The notes: generated by a model not told the origin, from the sequence alone. A stretch of 62,965 nucleotides of DNA, filler included, from Hyphochytrium catenoides (GCA_900088475.1; 10 parts of 10 records of this genome joined end to end with filler, not necessarily neighbours in it); one strand, 5' to 3'; numbered from the whole stretch's first letter, positions 1 to 11,573 are shown. A program made the numbers and translations.

Positions 1-1019
1 CTACGCTGACAAAGATGGGCTTGCCAACCTGAACAAGGCAATAGTATTAATAAGTGTATGACACAGGGAGAACTCTTTCAACTCTCGTCTTGCTAATATT
101 TGGAGTGCCACAATGTGTCGTTCTCCCCATCCAGTCGTGCACTTGGACTGTCCGCACGGCATTTCTATCAGACTTCTTGCCTCATCACTGGGCAAAGTCC
201 CTTCTGTTCTTGCTCAAGACATGCTAGCAAAGTCTCTTCTCATCTATCCATCCACACGCCAATCACTTCTCCTGGCTCTCTATCTCTCTCCTCCGTCTGC
301 CTGTCCCTCACTTTGACTATTCTTCACGGCAAAAGGCTCGAGGTCGCTTCCCTCCTGCTACCTACCGGGACATCATTGGTTCCCTCTGGCACGAGGATCT
401 TAGCGATAATGCCATCCTCCTGTGCCTCAAAGTCCACCGTGGCTTTGTCGGTCTCTACGCGACAGATAACATCTCCGGCACCAAAGGCTTCTCCTTCCTT
501 CTTCACCCACTCGACCACATTACCTTGCGTCATCGTCTAGCGATGTCAAAAAGAAAAAAGAGGGAGAGACAGGAGGGAGAGAGTGAGAGAGAAGAAAAGG
601 AGAAAGAAGGTAAAGAGAATAGGCTCATTCAGGAAAGAGTGCTTTTATGGCACGCAAAGCGACTTACTGGAGACAGGGCAGGCAGGCCATGGACGGTGTG
701 CTCAGGCAGGCTGCTCATGAAGCGAAAGCCTATCTTCTGACTCGGCAAAGCTGGCAATGAACCTTTCCTGCCCCAGTTGACCACTGGCAAAGGAGCCTTG
801 GAAATTTGAGACACGGTACAAACCTGCCGCCTGCAGTGTGAGCAGCATGAGACGACGATGGATAAAGCAGCGCGAGCGAGAGAGAGAGATGTGAGTGTCA
901 GCAATAGCGTACGGACATCGCCGGAGCCGGAGAAGCTCCTGCCAGGGATGATGTACGGACCTGGCAGCCATAAGGGCAAGCCTGCCCGTGCGGACTGAGG
1001 TCCTTACTATTCTGTGCAT
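1..1019 (-). CDS. DLAT: Mitochondrial pyruvate dehydrogenase E2 (dihydrolipoamide acetyltransferase), 5' part; exons 913-1019, 668-830, 366-536, <1-28
   Basis: GT-AG splicing keeps the frame. Product is an Arg-rich presequence followed by [14 protein letters not shown]|[57 protein letters not shown]|VGKPIFVSV, a lipoyl domain with the ETDKA motif. An E3-binding protein paralog cannot be excluded from the lipoyl domain alone. Confidence 0.85.
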
Positions 1020-1514
1020 AGTGCTTGGCGATCTGTTTCCTACAGATGGAGGTTCAGGAAGAGGCCATGCAAAAAAGAGATGAGCTTGGACCTGTCACCC
1101 TGAAGAGCTCCACAAAGCTTGGAGAGAGAGAGAGAGAGGGAGAGAGAAGAGCGAGAAAAAGATACACGAGAGAGAGGCTGAGGGAGATTAATGCTTCTTA
1201 CCTTCCGCTGACAATGCAATCGAGGAATCAAGATATCAAAGATCGCGCTATGAGAGGCGTCTCCGAACCGCGATAACCCTGGATGGACTGAGAGAGGACA
1301 CGAACCCACGAACCGGATGAGCTCCACTGGAGAGAGAGAGAGAGGCAACAATCAGGACTGATGATGTCTGGAGAGGTTGCGACGGAACAGCCCAGAACGC
1401 AAGGGAGGAGAGGGAGAACGCGATACGGCGTATGACGACAGGCAGAGAGAGGAGTGCGAATCTCAAGACAGAGGTGAGGGAGAGAAAAGAACGGAGCGGG
1501 AGAGGAGAGTTGAG

Positions 1515-1614
1515 NNNNNNNNNNNNNNNNNNNNNNNNNNNNNNNNNNNNNNNNNNNNTTAATTAATTAANNNNNNNNNNNNNNNNNNNNNNNNNNNNNN
1601 NNNNNNNNNNNNNN
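1515..1614. other. Artificial contig linker
   Basis: 44 N + TTAATTAATTAA (stops in all six frames) + 44 N. Confidence 0.98.
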
Positions 1615-1802
1615 GCGATATTGAGAGGGAAGTAGTCTCTTCTCTTCCACATGAGAGGGACGACAGAAGCGGCGCAGGTCAACATTAGCAGGTGACAGAG
1701 CATACCGACCGGGGAAGAGTACGCCCGGACGTCAACCTCGCCAACGGAAAGAGAAGAGAGGACTCGAGAGTCTTCTCCTCTCTCTCCTGGATGTATTTCC
1801 AT
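1615..1802 (-). CDS. 5' fragment of a membrane protein, possibly 7TM-RGS-like; truncated by the linker
   Basis: MEIHP...VGMLCHLLMLTCAASVVPLMWKRRDYFPLNI: a hydrophobic helix followed by an RRxxFP[LI] motif. Confidence 0.4.
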
Positions 1803-3499
1803 CCTGCTTAGTGTCGCCTTAAGTTGATGATATCAACGGCTTTGAAGCCTCGTCTAACGACTCCAGCGGCCACGCGCCCTGCTAGAGCTTAGCCTTTTAG
1901 AGGCAAAGTCAGCCCACGCTTGCCCCAATCTTCCTCTTACATCTGCAGCACATACTGATGACTAAGTGACAAACAAACTCCAGCACCGCCAACCAGCTAG
2001 TCAGGTTCAGGAGGAGATAAGAATAGACAGGGAACGCTTGCTTGCCGGCGCGCGGGAGAGAGAGAGAGAGAGAGGCAGAGAGAACTAGTTGCAGAGAGAA
2101 AACCGAAGAGGACCGGGAAAAGGATGAAAGTATTAGACGATCAGTAGGTTTGGCAGTCGGGCGAAGAGAGCATCAAGAGAATAGCTGATGTCTTCAGCAG
2201 TCACTTACGGAGGGCAGTCAAATGTCCCAGAGAAGTGTTTACCTTTTTCATCAAGAGACAGCGGCGAGTGCTGGAATTGATAGAAGAGAACGGCAAGTTG
2301 GCAGCGGCGAAAAGAGATGTTTCTGGGAGAGAGGGAGAAAGAGAGGCAAGGTGTGCCCATAAGGAGGAGGGACAAGGAGGAAAAGAGCATGCAGGGGATG
2401 CCCATCAACCATCGAGAAGAGACTTTCCAGAAAAGGCCGTCACACTTGTCCGCGGTCATGGTTGAAAGGAGAGAAGGATGGGACCAGAACCTCTTTTATC
2501 CGTCCTGCAGTCATCATGCAGAAGGAGAGAGGGATGGGGTCAAGATCCTCTTCTGCTCCCTCTTTTGCTCTTTCCTTTACCAGCCAAGTTAGACAACCTG
2601 AGTGGAAGCCGTGACAATGTCTGGGCTCTGCTCTCGCCCTTTTCATATTCTTCTTTTTATAGACATGTATCTCCCGCCGACCTTTATTTTCCGTGTCTCT
2701 CTCTTTCTCTCTCTCTCTCTTTTTCTCTCTCCCTCTCACTCTTCTCTCTGTCTCCTGTTCTCTGGTCAGATGTATCAATCTGGTTCTCTCTTGCTTCTCT
2801 CTTTTTTGCTTCTGCCGGCTGCTGAGCGGCTGTCTGTCTCCCGAGTCTTGCCCTAAAACTGGCCGATCTTTCCTCTCTCTCTTCTCCTCATTAACATCCA
2901 GCATAACGGCCCGTTGGTTCTAGAAAGGCAGAAAGTAGAGCGAGATAACCGAACATAACACTATAAAACAGTACTCTTACCCTATTTCAACGGGCTATTA
3001 CCGAAAATAGTTATGGGCAATCCTCCTTATGGGCACTTATTTATCGCAAAATACCGAGATTTCCAATTCTGACCGTAAGACGTTTACATTACCGTTTTTC
3101 AGCCTCGCACCACTCTTTCTCACTACATTGCTGGGCCGAATATAGAGTTGAGACCGTTACTTCCCATCACGAAGCCATTTCCAATTTTTCCCTCTTTCTT
3201 GCTGTCTCTTCTCGCCTTGCAGCTACAATGGAGCCGCTAGTACTATCCAAGAGGAAGAGGACTCGAACCTCTAATTGTACTAAGAAACCAGAGTCTTTTA
3301 TGACAATCGTGCCGTTTACCTGCCCAACAGCGAGGGTGAGAAGGGTTGAGACCCACCAATTCTTTTTCACCGGCGGGCTGTTGCAAGTCATCAATAAGAA
3401 CGGTTTTTCTATTGGTAAGTGGGGCCGCCTTTATGGACTCACCAGTTCTTGGTGCAGCAGGAGACCCTTAGATAAACCCAGTCTGCCCCCTCATTCACA

Positions 3500-4530
3500 A
3501 GCCAGTAGAAGAGCGGAAAATTCTCTCATACCGCTCATAGTAATAATGTTAACCAAGTATTTCTATGCGTCGTGACGCTTATATGTGCTCCACTATTATC
3601 CTTGGCTTCATCTCATGCTCTACTAACTACTAAGAGTGAAGAAGCTACATCCTTCTGACTAGAATTGTCCTCGGTAATTGCCAGAGTAGTGCCCTAACCA
3701 GGAAGCCAGGTACTTGAAGGTAGGGCATTATCCATTTCGTGCACCTATTCTTTAGGACATCATGCACAGTTTTCCGATCGTCACGCAACCTGTCTCCTAA
3801 GGTGGAAAATACTGTCGCTGCGCGAAAGAGGATTTCTCTTCTTTCTCCAGGGAGAAAAGCACGCTAGTCGTGAGTCAGGAACTAAAGACTTATAGGTGGC
3901 TAAGTACGGACAACAAGAGTATCAGAAGGTTGGAAATGTTTAGGATTAAGCCTCTTGAACAGTAGGTTATTGACCTGTAACAGTGAGCCACGCAGCTGTA
4001 TGAAAGCCTTCTTCCAGACCTTGCTGCGGCCACGGAGCCAACAAAGATTAATTCTTCGTAGTGCGTAATAGTGCAGTAGTAACAGTAGCTCTGACCGGCT
4101 TGGACACAGAGTAACAAGCTGGCCAAACAGTGCTAATCACTCCTTGGATCTAGAGAGCGCCCAACTACGACCGGGTCATCTCCTGCTAGGCATCGAGTGG
4201 GTCAAAGAACCATTACTTCCTCCGAGAGTCATCCTTTGCCCAGCTATTGACATTAGATAGAAACAGGTCCAGATCTGTGAATGTACTTCAAGCTGTATAA
4301 GAAAAGAAGAGCCCTGTTTGATTGATAGTTCTAGACCTCCCAATTGATGACGAAAACTTCAGTGGCGTGACCCACTCGTGGAAAGCTCTCATACATTTTC
4401 TAGTAAATCTAGCGATTGATTTCCTGCAACTAAGAAAGATACTAAGAACCTCCTGGGATCCTTCGAAAGCGCTCCGCTGGGGCTTTGAAATGGCACTTAG
4501 GGCACCAAAACAAATAATAGGCAGGAAGTG
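3500..4530 (-). pseudogene. Degenerate coding relic (transposon/virus-like or pseudogene) with many in-frame TAG stops
   Basis: A minus-strand frame reads LPAYYLFWCPKCHFKAPAERFRRIPGGS*YLS*LQEINR*IY*KMYESFPRVGHATEVFVINWEV*NYQ. The region has no microsatellites and no clear splice structure. Confidence 0.4.
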
Positions 4531-5893
4531 ATCGACTGTAGTGCCCCAGTTGCGGACCGGCGCTCGTAGTTCTACTACTGTTTTGTTTGTACTACCGTTT
4601 TACAGCTGTGACAGCGTGGGGGAAGGGCCGATGCGTACCGTGAATCGATCATGACAATAGCAGGAGTACGGGCATGTAGAGAACACAGAGGAGACCAAGA
4701 GTGTGGAGCATAGCTAGTTCCTAGTTAGAGATATGAAGCACTGCCGCAAGGATGGCAGAGCCACATCAAGGACATTCTACTACTTGTACCTACGGGAAGG
4801 GTTGGATATGAAGATGCTTCCTGCTTTATAAGCGCACAAGCCCGGGACAGAGAGAGAGAGTGGCCAGTCGTTCCAACCTTATCAGAGCAGAAGAGACCAT
4901 GCTGGACGCTGGACCCTGTTTACAATCAATCTTAGGCCTCACTCAGCTTCCATACAGTTTTTATTTATAATGAAGCCTTGAAAGAGATGATGAGAAGAAC
5001 GTCGATGTGCTCCACATCCAAGGCAGGAATAAACCTGCTGCGCGGAGGAGGATAGGAGACGAAGTGGAAAGGGACGATGGAAAACGTTGCCAGCATCGTT
5101 CTCCTGCTCTCTTCACCATGCTCTACTCTCCTTCTTCCCTGTCCCTGTGGCTCCTCGCTGCCAAGCTACTTTCTTAGCCAGTTGATCTTGCCTTCAACAT
5201 GTTTCAGTTGACTTGAAAGTTGAAAAAGGAAACTCCTCTTTCTCCAAAAGAGCACTTAGAGTGTCTCTCCGCCGCGCTCTTGAAGCAGGAGCAGGGAGAA
5301 GAGCAGCGAAAAAGCACAAAAGAAAGGAAGGACACTTGGAGGAGGAGAAAAGAGGAGAAGAGACATCATCGGCAAACAAGAGAGAGAACACGCAACAAGA
5401 CAGAGGTGAAGAGAGATGATGGCAGTCGAACAGCCCAAGAGAAAAGGCGACGTTCCTGACTTCGTTGCCAACGGACCGTGGGGCCCGAGGGAATAAAATA
5501 GCAGCAGCTCCACCTCCAAGAGTTTAAAGATCAGGACTGTAATGCATATTCTCTCAAATGGAACTCCTTTTCTCTCCTCTCTCCTCTATTCTCCTTCCTG
5601 CTCTTCTTACTCTCTCCTCTTTCTCCGCTAGTGCGTACTTCTGGATACTACGTCACGCTTGTCTTCCCCTCCTGGCACACGCTGCACTGTAGATAGCACC
5701 AAACCTGAGCGACAGAGCGCTGGAAGACCACTTGTTCATTGTCTTTCTTCAGCTATTTAAACTCTCTCCGTACCTTCCTTTTCTGCTTGGTCTCTCTCTG
5801 TCTTTCTTCTCTTCAACTTTCCACGAGAAGTGTGCGCACTCTCCATCCATTGCATCGTAGAAGAGCTCCAACTTTCCTCTATGTCTTGTTTCT

Positions 5894-5934
<41 letters not shown>

Positions 5935-6337
5935 GTCTGTCTCTCTCTGTCTCTCTCCTCCTGAGTCTCTCTTTCCCTGAGTCTCTTTCTCTTAGTGTCT
6001 GCGTCTTCGTAATTGTTCCAATAGGATAATCCGTAGTCCCTCGTTGTCCCTTCCTGCACTTTATCTCTTCGTCTCTCTCCTCTCCTCTCTCGCTCATTCT
6101 TCCCCACTTTCTCCTCTAGTTTCCTCTCTCTCCCTTCATCTCCGCTCTCCTCACTCTCTTCCCTCTTCTCCTTCCTCCCTTTCTCTCCCTCCATCTCTTC
6201 TCTTCCTCCTTTTATAGTCAGTGGTCCATTTCCAAAGTTGACAACATTGTCCTCCGTCGTGCGCTCTGAGGACACTGGTGGCGGACTTGATATCCTAGAA
6301 AACAGAAGAAAGGGAAGAAGACAGAGAACAAGAGAAA

Positions 6338-7474
6338 ATGAGGCAAGGAGGACGCTGCCTTCGGTCCTCTTCTTCCTCTCTCCTCTTGACTCTTCTTCTC
6401 TTCCTCGGCCACGTGGCGGGAGAAGTCATCCCGTCTTCTCCTTCTCCTCTTCCCTCCATCACCAACCTCAGGTCTCCTGCAGAAAGAAAGGAGCCTTCTC
6501 TCTCCTCTTCGCCTCGATCTTCTCTAAATGAGACACTTGCCTACGAGACATCCGTCTTCTCTCTTCGTGCCTACGGCTTGTACGGCGCCATCCCAGGCTT
6601 CTTTGGCATCAAGAACTTCAATGTCAGTATCCAGGACCTTGGCTATGTGCTCAGAAGAACCTACATCGTGCAGAATGACTTTGCTTTCACCGCGAGCTCC
6701 GGAGATGTCTGCGCTGTCGTCTTCCGAGGCACGGATGAGCTTCTCAATGGAGACAGCGCCTTTCCTCAGCCAAGTCCTGACTGGTTTGGCCCCTCAGGCA
6801 ATATTCAGCTAGGAAGTTTGCCCTTGGTAACGTTGGGAGAGAAAGGAGGAAAGAAGAGAAAGATGCTCTCTTCTCATCCTCCCGGCCTCATCGTGGCGTA
6901 TGAGAGATTTTTGGCAGATCCCCATTTCCTGAATGATATAAGGGACTGTTTGGCTATCTCTGCGAGACAGAGACTGGTTATCACGGGACATTCGAGAGGC
7001 GGCGGCCTCGCTTCGATCATGGGCATTCACTTTTCTAGAGATGAGGCGCTAGACTATGAGAGACCAGGGATGCAGGACCAAGAGAGAGACAAAAGGAAGT
7101 ACGATCTCTCTCGTCTGAGAGAGAAAATGTCTTTCTTCCTAGAGATCTACTCCTACGGAGAGCCGCGCATACTAAGAGAGACACTCTTTCCTGCCACTTC
7201 CTCTTCTTCCGCTAGCAAAGTTTTGGCGATGAGCATCAGGAAGACACGCTTTGTCATAGAGTTTGACCCTGTTCCTGCGCTGTATCCGCGCTCTATCGCT
7301 CCTTTTCTAGACTTTGCACACTGGGGAGGAACAGTCTATCTCCTGAAGAGAGAGTTCTCGGATTTGTCTCTCTCTCTGCGAAGCGATTTTGACTTCCCTT
7401 CCTCGCCCTGGGCGGCTCTGACCTGGCTCAACCTTCTCCAGCATTTGCCAGGAACGTATGTTCTCAGGAGATAA
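6338..7474 (+). CDS. Secreted class-3 (fungal-type) triacylglycerol lipase, single exon
   Basis: Signal-peptide-like N-terminus; VVFRGT oxyanion motif; LVITGHSRGG nucleophile elbow; YSYGEPR; FDPVP (Asp); C-terminal QHLPGTY (His). Confidence 0.9.
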   Translation: MRQGGRCLRSSSSSLLLTLLLFLGHVAGEVIPSSPSPLPSITNLRSPAERKEPSLSSSPRSSLNETLAYETSVFSLRAYGLYGAIPGFFGIKNFNVSIQDLGYVLRRTYIVQNDFAFTASSGDVCAVVFRGTDELLNGDSAFPQPSPDWFGPSGNIQLGSLPLVTLGEKGGKKRKMLSSHPPGLIVAYERFLADPHFLNDIRDCLAISARQRLVITGHSRGGGLASIMGIHFSRDEALDYERPGMQDQERDKRKYDLSRLREKMSFFLEIYSYGEPRILRETLFPATSSSSASKVLAMSIRKTRFVIEFDPVPALYPRSIAPFLDFAHWGGTVYLLKREFSDLSLSLRSDFDFPSSPWAALTWLNLLQHLPGTYVLRR

Positions 7475-7585
7475 TCAAAGATGAAGGGAAAGAAGAATGT
7501 GGACGAAGAGAGAGAAGAGAGAAAGTCTCATGGGGAGAGGAGGGAGAGAGATGGAGACGACGAGATGTTCTGTGTATGTGTGTGT

Positions 7586-7616
<31 letters not shown>

Positions 7617-8054
7617 AAGACAAGAGAGAGTGAGAATGACTGGAGAGGGAGTTTGGTGAACATTGAAAGAAAATGCTAAGAAGAAGGCGGCTTCAGCTCG
7701 TTATCGTTAGCTTTCTTCTTCTTCTTTTGCCAGAACAGACAGAAAGGATCAAAAAGAAAGAGAAATCTGAGGAAGATCAGCTACGACCAAGAGAAAGAAC
7801 CGGCTAATGAAGGCCAAGGGACGGGAGAGAAGAGAGAGAGCGACACCGCTGATGGCTCACAGAGGGAATAAGTGGCCACCACTTTCCTGGCCTGGAAACC
7901 CTTTGTCCGCTTTATTTACGTGACTTAGGCACGGAAAGAGAGAGAGATAGACGGAGGGAAGAGAGAGAGAGAGTCTGTTCCTGAATCAGATGGCATGCTG
8001 TCAGGATAGTAGAGCTGGAAAGAGAGAGACCAGAGAGAGAGAGACAGAGAGGCT

Positions 8055-8457
8055 CTAGGCACTGAAGCTTTTAAGCGGAGTGAGGACGCGGCGGCTCGCC
8101 TTCACTGAGCCTGCCACTGGGAACAGCTTCAGCATCTCCTGGCGCATACGAGGGGCGAACTCCGACAAATATCTGGAGAGAAAGAACGCATCAATGGGAC
8201 GGACGGCCCAACAAAGAGGGAGAGAAAGAGAGAGAGGGGGAGAAAGAGAAGCTATAGAAATGACGATATCAAAAAAGGGGCCATGCAGATATCTCTCTTT
8301 AAGTGAGAGGAGGTTTGGCCAGTAAATTAATACCTCAGCGAAGAAAGAAAGAGAGAGAGAGAGAGAGAAAGAGCAAGCAAAGAGAGAGGGAGAAGAAGAA
8401 GTGAACACAGAAGAGGGAGGACAGGTAACCTCTCATAGTCCTTCCTGCTGCCCATGG
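8055..8457 (-). CDS. 3' part of a DUF4286-like protein; exons 8430->8457 and 8055-8172
   Basis: The spliced product MGSRKDYER|YLSEFAPRMRQEMLKLFPVAGSVKASRRVL matches the remembered DUF4286 pattern Y....APxLRxE....F...A.RRVL. Confidence 0.6.
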
Positions 8458-8557
8458 NNNNNNNNNNNNNNNNNNNNNNNNNNNNNNNNNNNNNNNNNNN
8501 NTTAATTAATTAANNNNNNNNNNNNNNNNNNNNNNNNNNNNNNNNNNNNNNNNNNNN
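8458..8557. other. Artificial contig linker
   Basis: 44 N + TTAATTAATTAA + 44 N. Confidence 0.98.
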
Positions 8558-9090
8558 GGACCGCTTTTCTGAGACAGAAGACGGAGCAGAGAGAAATGCT
8601 ATCTGTGGTCAAATCCAAGAAACCTGGAAGGGAATTGACTAGGCTGATATATCTCCTTTGTGATCTTTCTCTCATTTTCATCCCTATTTTATACCTCAGT
8701 TGTGTATCTCCTCTTTCTCTCTGTCTAGCACACATTGTGGCTATTTCCTATCCCTTGTTCCATGTTTCTGTATGATCTCTGCACTAAGATCGGGGGGAAC
8801 ATGGTCAAGCAACGCCTTCTGCCTCAACAAACTTCCAGCTGCCTTTCCTGGTTATCACCGACCTCGCGAGCCCCAACAGAGACGAGCAGCTTCACGTCTC
8901 TTACTGCCACCCCTCTTCTCTGGTGTCATCATCACCCATCATCACTGGTGACGCGACAGTATAGAAGGAAGACAGGCGCAGCTACTCTCTCTCTCTGCAC
9001 CTTGGCAGCTCTGCAGCCACGCCAAGGCTCACTCCTCACTGGAAGAAGTTCTAGAGATCCAGCATCTCCTTTCAGTGATCAACTTTCCAT

Positions 9091-9789
9091 GTGTCAATCA
9101 AGGGTCTGGCATTCATTGTAAGAGGACTCCCAGAAAACATGCAGCGGACGGGGGAGACAGCTAGAGCGCCAATGCTAAGCATTGTAAACTACCTGCATGT
9201 GAAGACAGTTGGGATTGGGACTCTAGGCCGCGTGGATATCATTCTCTCTGACGCTAGAATAGGGCAATGGACCGTTCACTACGCTTCTTATGAGGCAATC
9301 GCAGCCAATATATCGAAAATTGTGGCGACAATCAAGCAGGGACTGCAGAAAGGTGGAGCAATGAAGGATGGCTCCTGTCCAGCTTGTGCTCACATCCTAG
9401 CAGCAGCGGGAACACTAGTTCCTGCGTCAAGAGGTTTCTCCCTGCTCCTTACGCACTCTGTTCGGAAAAGCCTCGCTCTTCAGCTAACGGTCTTTCTCAA
9501 CGACTTCATTAGTGCTTGCATGATGCACTTCGGAAAGCCGGCGCCGACCCGGCAGCCATGCGCAACCTGCATGAGCGTCTATCAGCACCTTAAGCTGTTG
9601 TTGGATCTTCCTGGTTGCATTCACAAGGAGCTAAGTCCCTGCTCCTCTTGCAAGGAGGTGGCTAGTCAAAACTGTGGTGTGGCTGTTATCCCGAAGGCCA
9701 AGGACTTCAGGAAGGCTATCGATACGGCGTCTATGTCCTCCATGGTAGCAGAAAGCAGATTGTTACGCAAGATATTCCGGCACCCTTAG
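9091..9789 (+). CDS. Hypothetical protein with three CxxC pairs; start uncertain (first ATG at 9139)
   Basis: 232-codon open frame in non-repetitive sequence containing CPAC, CATC and CSSC. Confidence 0.45.
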   Translation: MSIKGLAFIVRGLPENMQRTGETARAPMLSIVNYLHVKTVGIGTLGRVDIILSDARIGQWTVHYASYEAIAANISKIVATIKQGLQKGGAMKDGSCPACAHILAAAGTLVPASRGFSLLLTHSVRKSLALQLTVFLNDFISACMMHFGKPAPTRQPCATCMSVYQHLKLLLDLPGCIHKELSPCSSCKEVASQNCGVAVIPKAKDFRKAIDTASMSSMVAESRLLRKIFRHP

Positions 9790-10172
9790 GCACTAACCTT
9801 TCTATTTATTCGGAGTCTCCACAAGGACCTGGACTTCTTTCTTCGTTTGTCTTTTTGAAAATAAGTTTTCGGTGTTCACCAGGACTGGTGGACACCATCG
9901 AGTCTTCAGTGCCATACAGCGGGGCTTCTGTACTTCTTTACCCTCATTATCCCCTGCAGAAGCAATCCGGGCTTGACAGGAGAAGGAACAGCGTAGATTT
10001 CCCTTAGCATATGTGAAAAGCCATAAATGTCGATTGTCTGACCATAAACGCTGTTGTTTATAGGTTTTCAAAGTGTGGTGGCGGAGTAAGTTAAAGAAGA
10101 AGCTTCATTAACCCCCCATACAGCAACAAGCCCGTCGTATGGGATCATCTACCTAGCGATGTAGAGGCGATG

Positions 10173-11573
10173 TCAACTCTTCGATGGTAGTTTATACCTT
10201 CGGCGTTGGCTTTCATTGCCTGTGACGCCTCCAGTATGAATATAGACTATTTTTACATCGTCTGCTATTAGCCCTAGCTTCAGTCTGGCCATCAAGGTTA
10301 ACCATGCCCGTGGCGCATAGATAAGGTCAAAGGTCACGCCGGTCTGGGCGAGAAGATACTGATGGATATGCCAGTAGCGTATATCGGGCCTGGCAAACTG
10401 TCTTGAGAAGGCTTTGCGGTGTCCGAAGCATGGATGCACAAAGGTCAGGTTAATGACCGAGTCTTCTAGCGTGTGGTCATCCAAGGACCAGACTTCTGGG
10501 CTGTGAAACCCTTGGAAAAACCTATTCGAGCTCTTGGTAAAGGCATCCCATTGTGCTCTGAGATGTGAAGCTCCTCCTCCGACGCAAGGAACGGTGGCCG
10601 TGCACATCTTGAGTTCGCTGTGGCCATGTCCGATACCCTCCTGGATACAGCTGTTAAGAAGTAGAGCTGTTGCCCCAGTTCCAGAGGGTAGGACAATGAG
10701 ATATCTCCCATTGGGGTCTTCTGACTTTGCCCAGGCTAACAATTCTTCAGCAAGGATTTTTACACCGTGCACTGCTTCTTTATGGCTTCCTCCTGAGGCG
10801 GAAAGAAGGGCTCAGCTAGCTAGTCAGCTAATGATCAGTCCAGGCAAAGCTCACCTCGCGGAATCCACACAGGAGGGCTTCCTTGTGGACTGCTGGGTCT
10901 CAACGCTTCCATAGCCTTGAGGTGAAGGTCCACTGGCAAGTCGGCTTCAACAGCATCAAGCTCTCGATAGCTGGAGTCAGGAACTTCGATAAGTCTCATC
11001 CCTAAGCCCAGAGCCACTAAGCCCAGAGAGTTTGTCAAGGTGGCTTGTAGACACTGAGCCACGGCGCTGCTCTGGACTCTGACCTGCTAGGTTGCTCTTG
11101 GTGAAGCTAAGATGCGCGTTGCGATCACGTCCCTCCTTGGTCAGGTAGGCGAACGGGACCTGGCGCAATGCACATATTTGAGCAAGTGCAAGCATTGCAT
11201 TGCTTTGTGCTCCGCCGTAACTAATGACCCCGCCACTCAGTTCCCGTCGCTCTTTAGATAACAACCAGTAGAGCTTTCTGGCCTGCCAAAAAGAAGCGGA
11301 CAGTTCGTGATCAAGACTGTTCGGTGGAGGGAGAGGCAGTAGTAGACTAACTCTAACCTTGTTCCCCTCGGGAAAGAGCAAGTCATCTCGTTTAATGAAT
11401 ACTTCACGCCGATACCCGTCCCCTAGCTGGATCTCATGACGTTGTACTGATGAGCCAACCCACGTCGAAAAAGCTCGTTCGGATCGTACGCTGAAGCTGT
11501 TGGTCTTGGTGTGCAAGGAGATTCGTAATGCACAGCCATCGTGCCTTAACGTACCCCTCAAGCAGATCCGCAT
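10173..11573 (-). CDS. PLP-dependent D-cysteine desulfhydrase / ACC deaminase family protein; exons 11358-11573, 11084-11282, 10855-11016, 10173-10792
   Basis: IKRDDLL..GNK|ARK (PLP lysine), ISYGGAQSNAM, WIPRGG, VLPSGTGATA, FDLIYAP, YIHTGG..GNES. All three introns are GT-AG with consistent phase. Confidence 0.92.

Noticed and set aside
3500-4530. Alternative genetic code (TAG = Gln) for the host
   Set aside because: All conserved genes splice into stop-free frames and several end in TAG (Tim17-like, USP, STX5). The TAG-rich frames also contain TGA/TAA stops and frameshifts.
4990-6275. Possible gene divergent from the lipase
   Set aside because: No consistent exon chain or recognisable motif; frames are interrupted by stops and dominated by GA/CT tracts
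11283-11357. 25-residue insertion in the PLP-lysine motif of the desulfhydrase (as shown in the ORF track)
   Set aside because: It is a 75-nt in-frame GT-AG intron; removing it restores GNKARK
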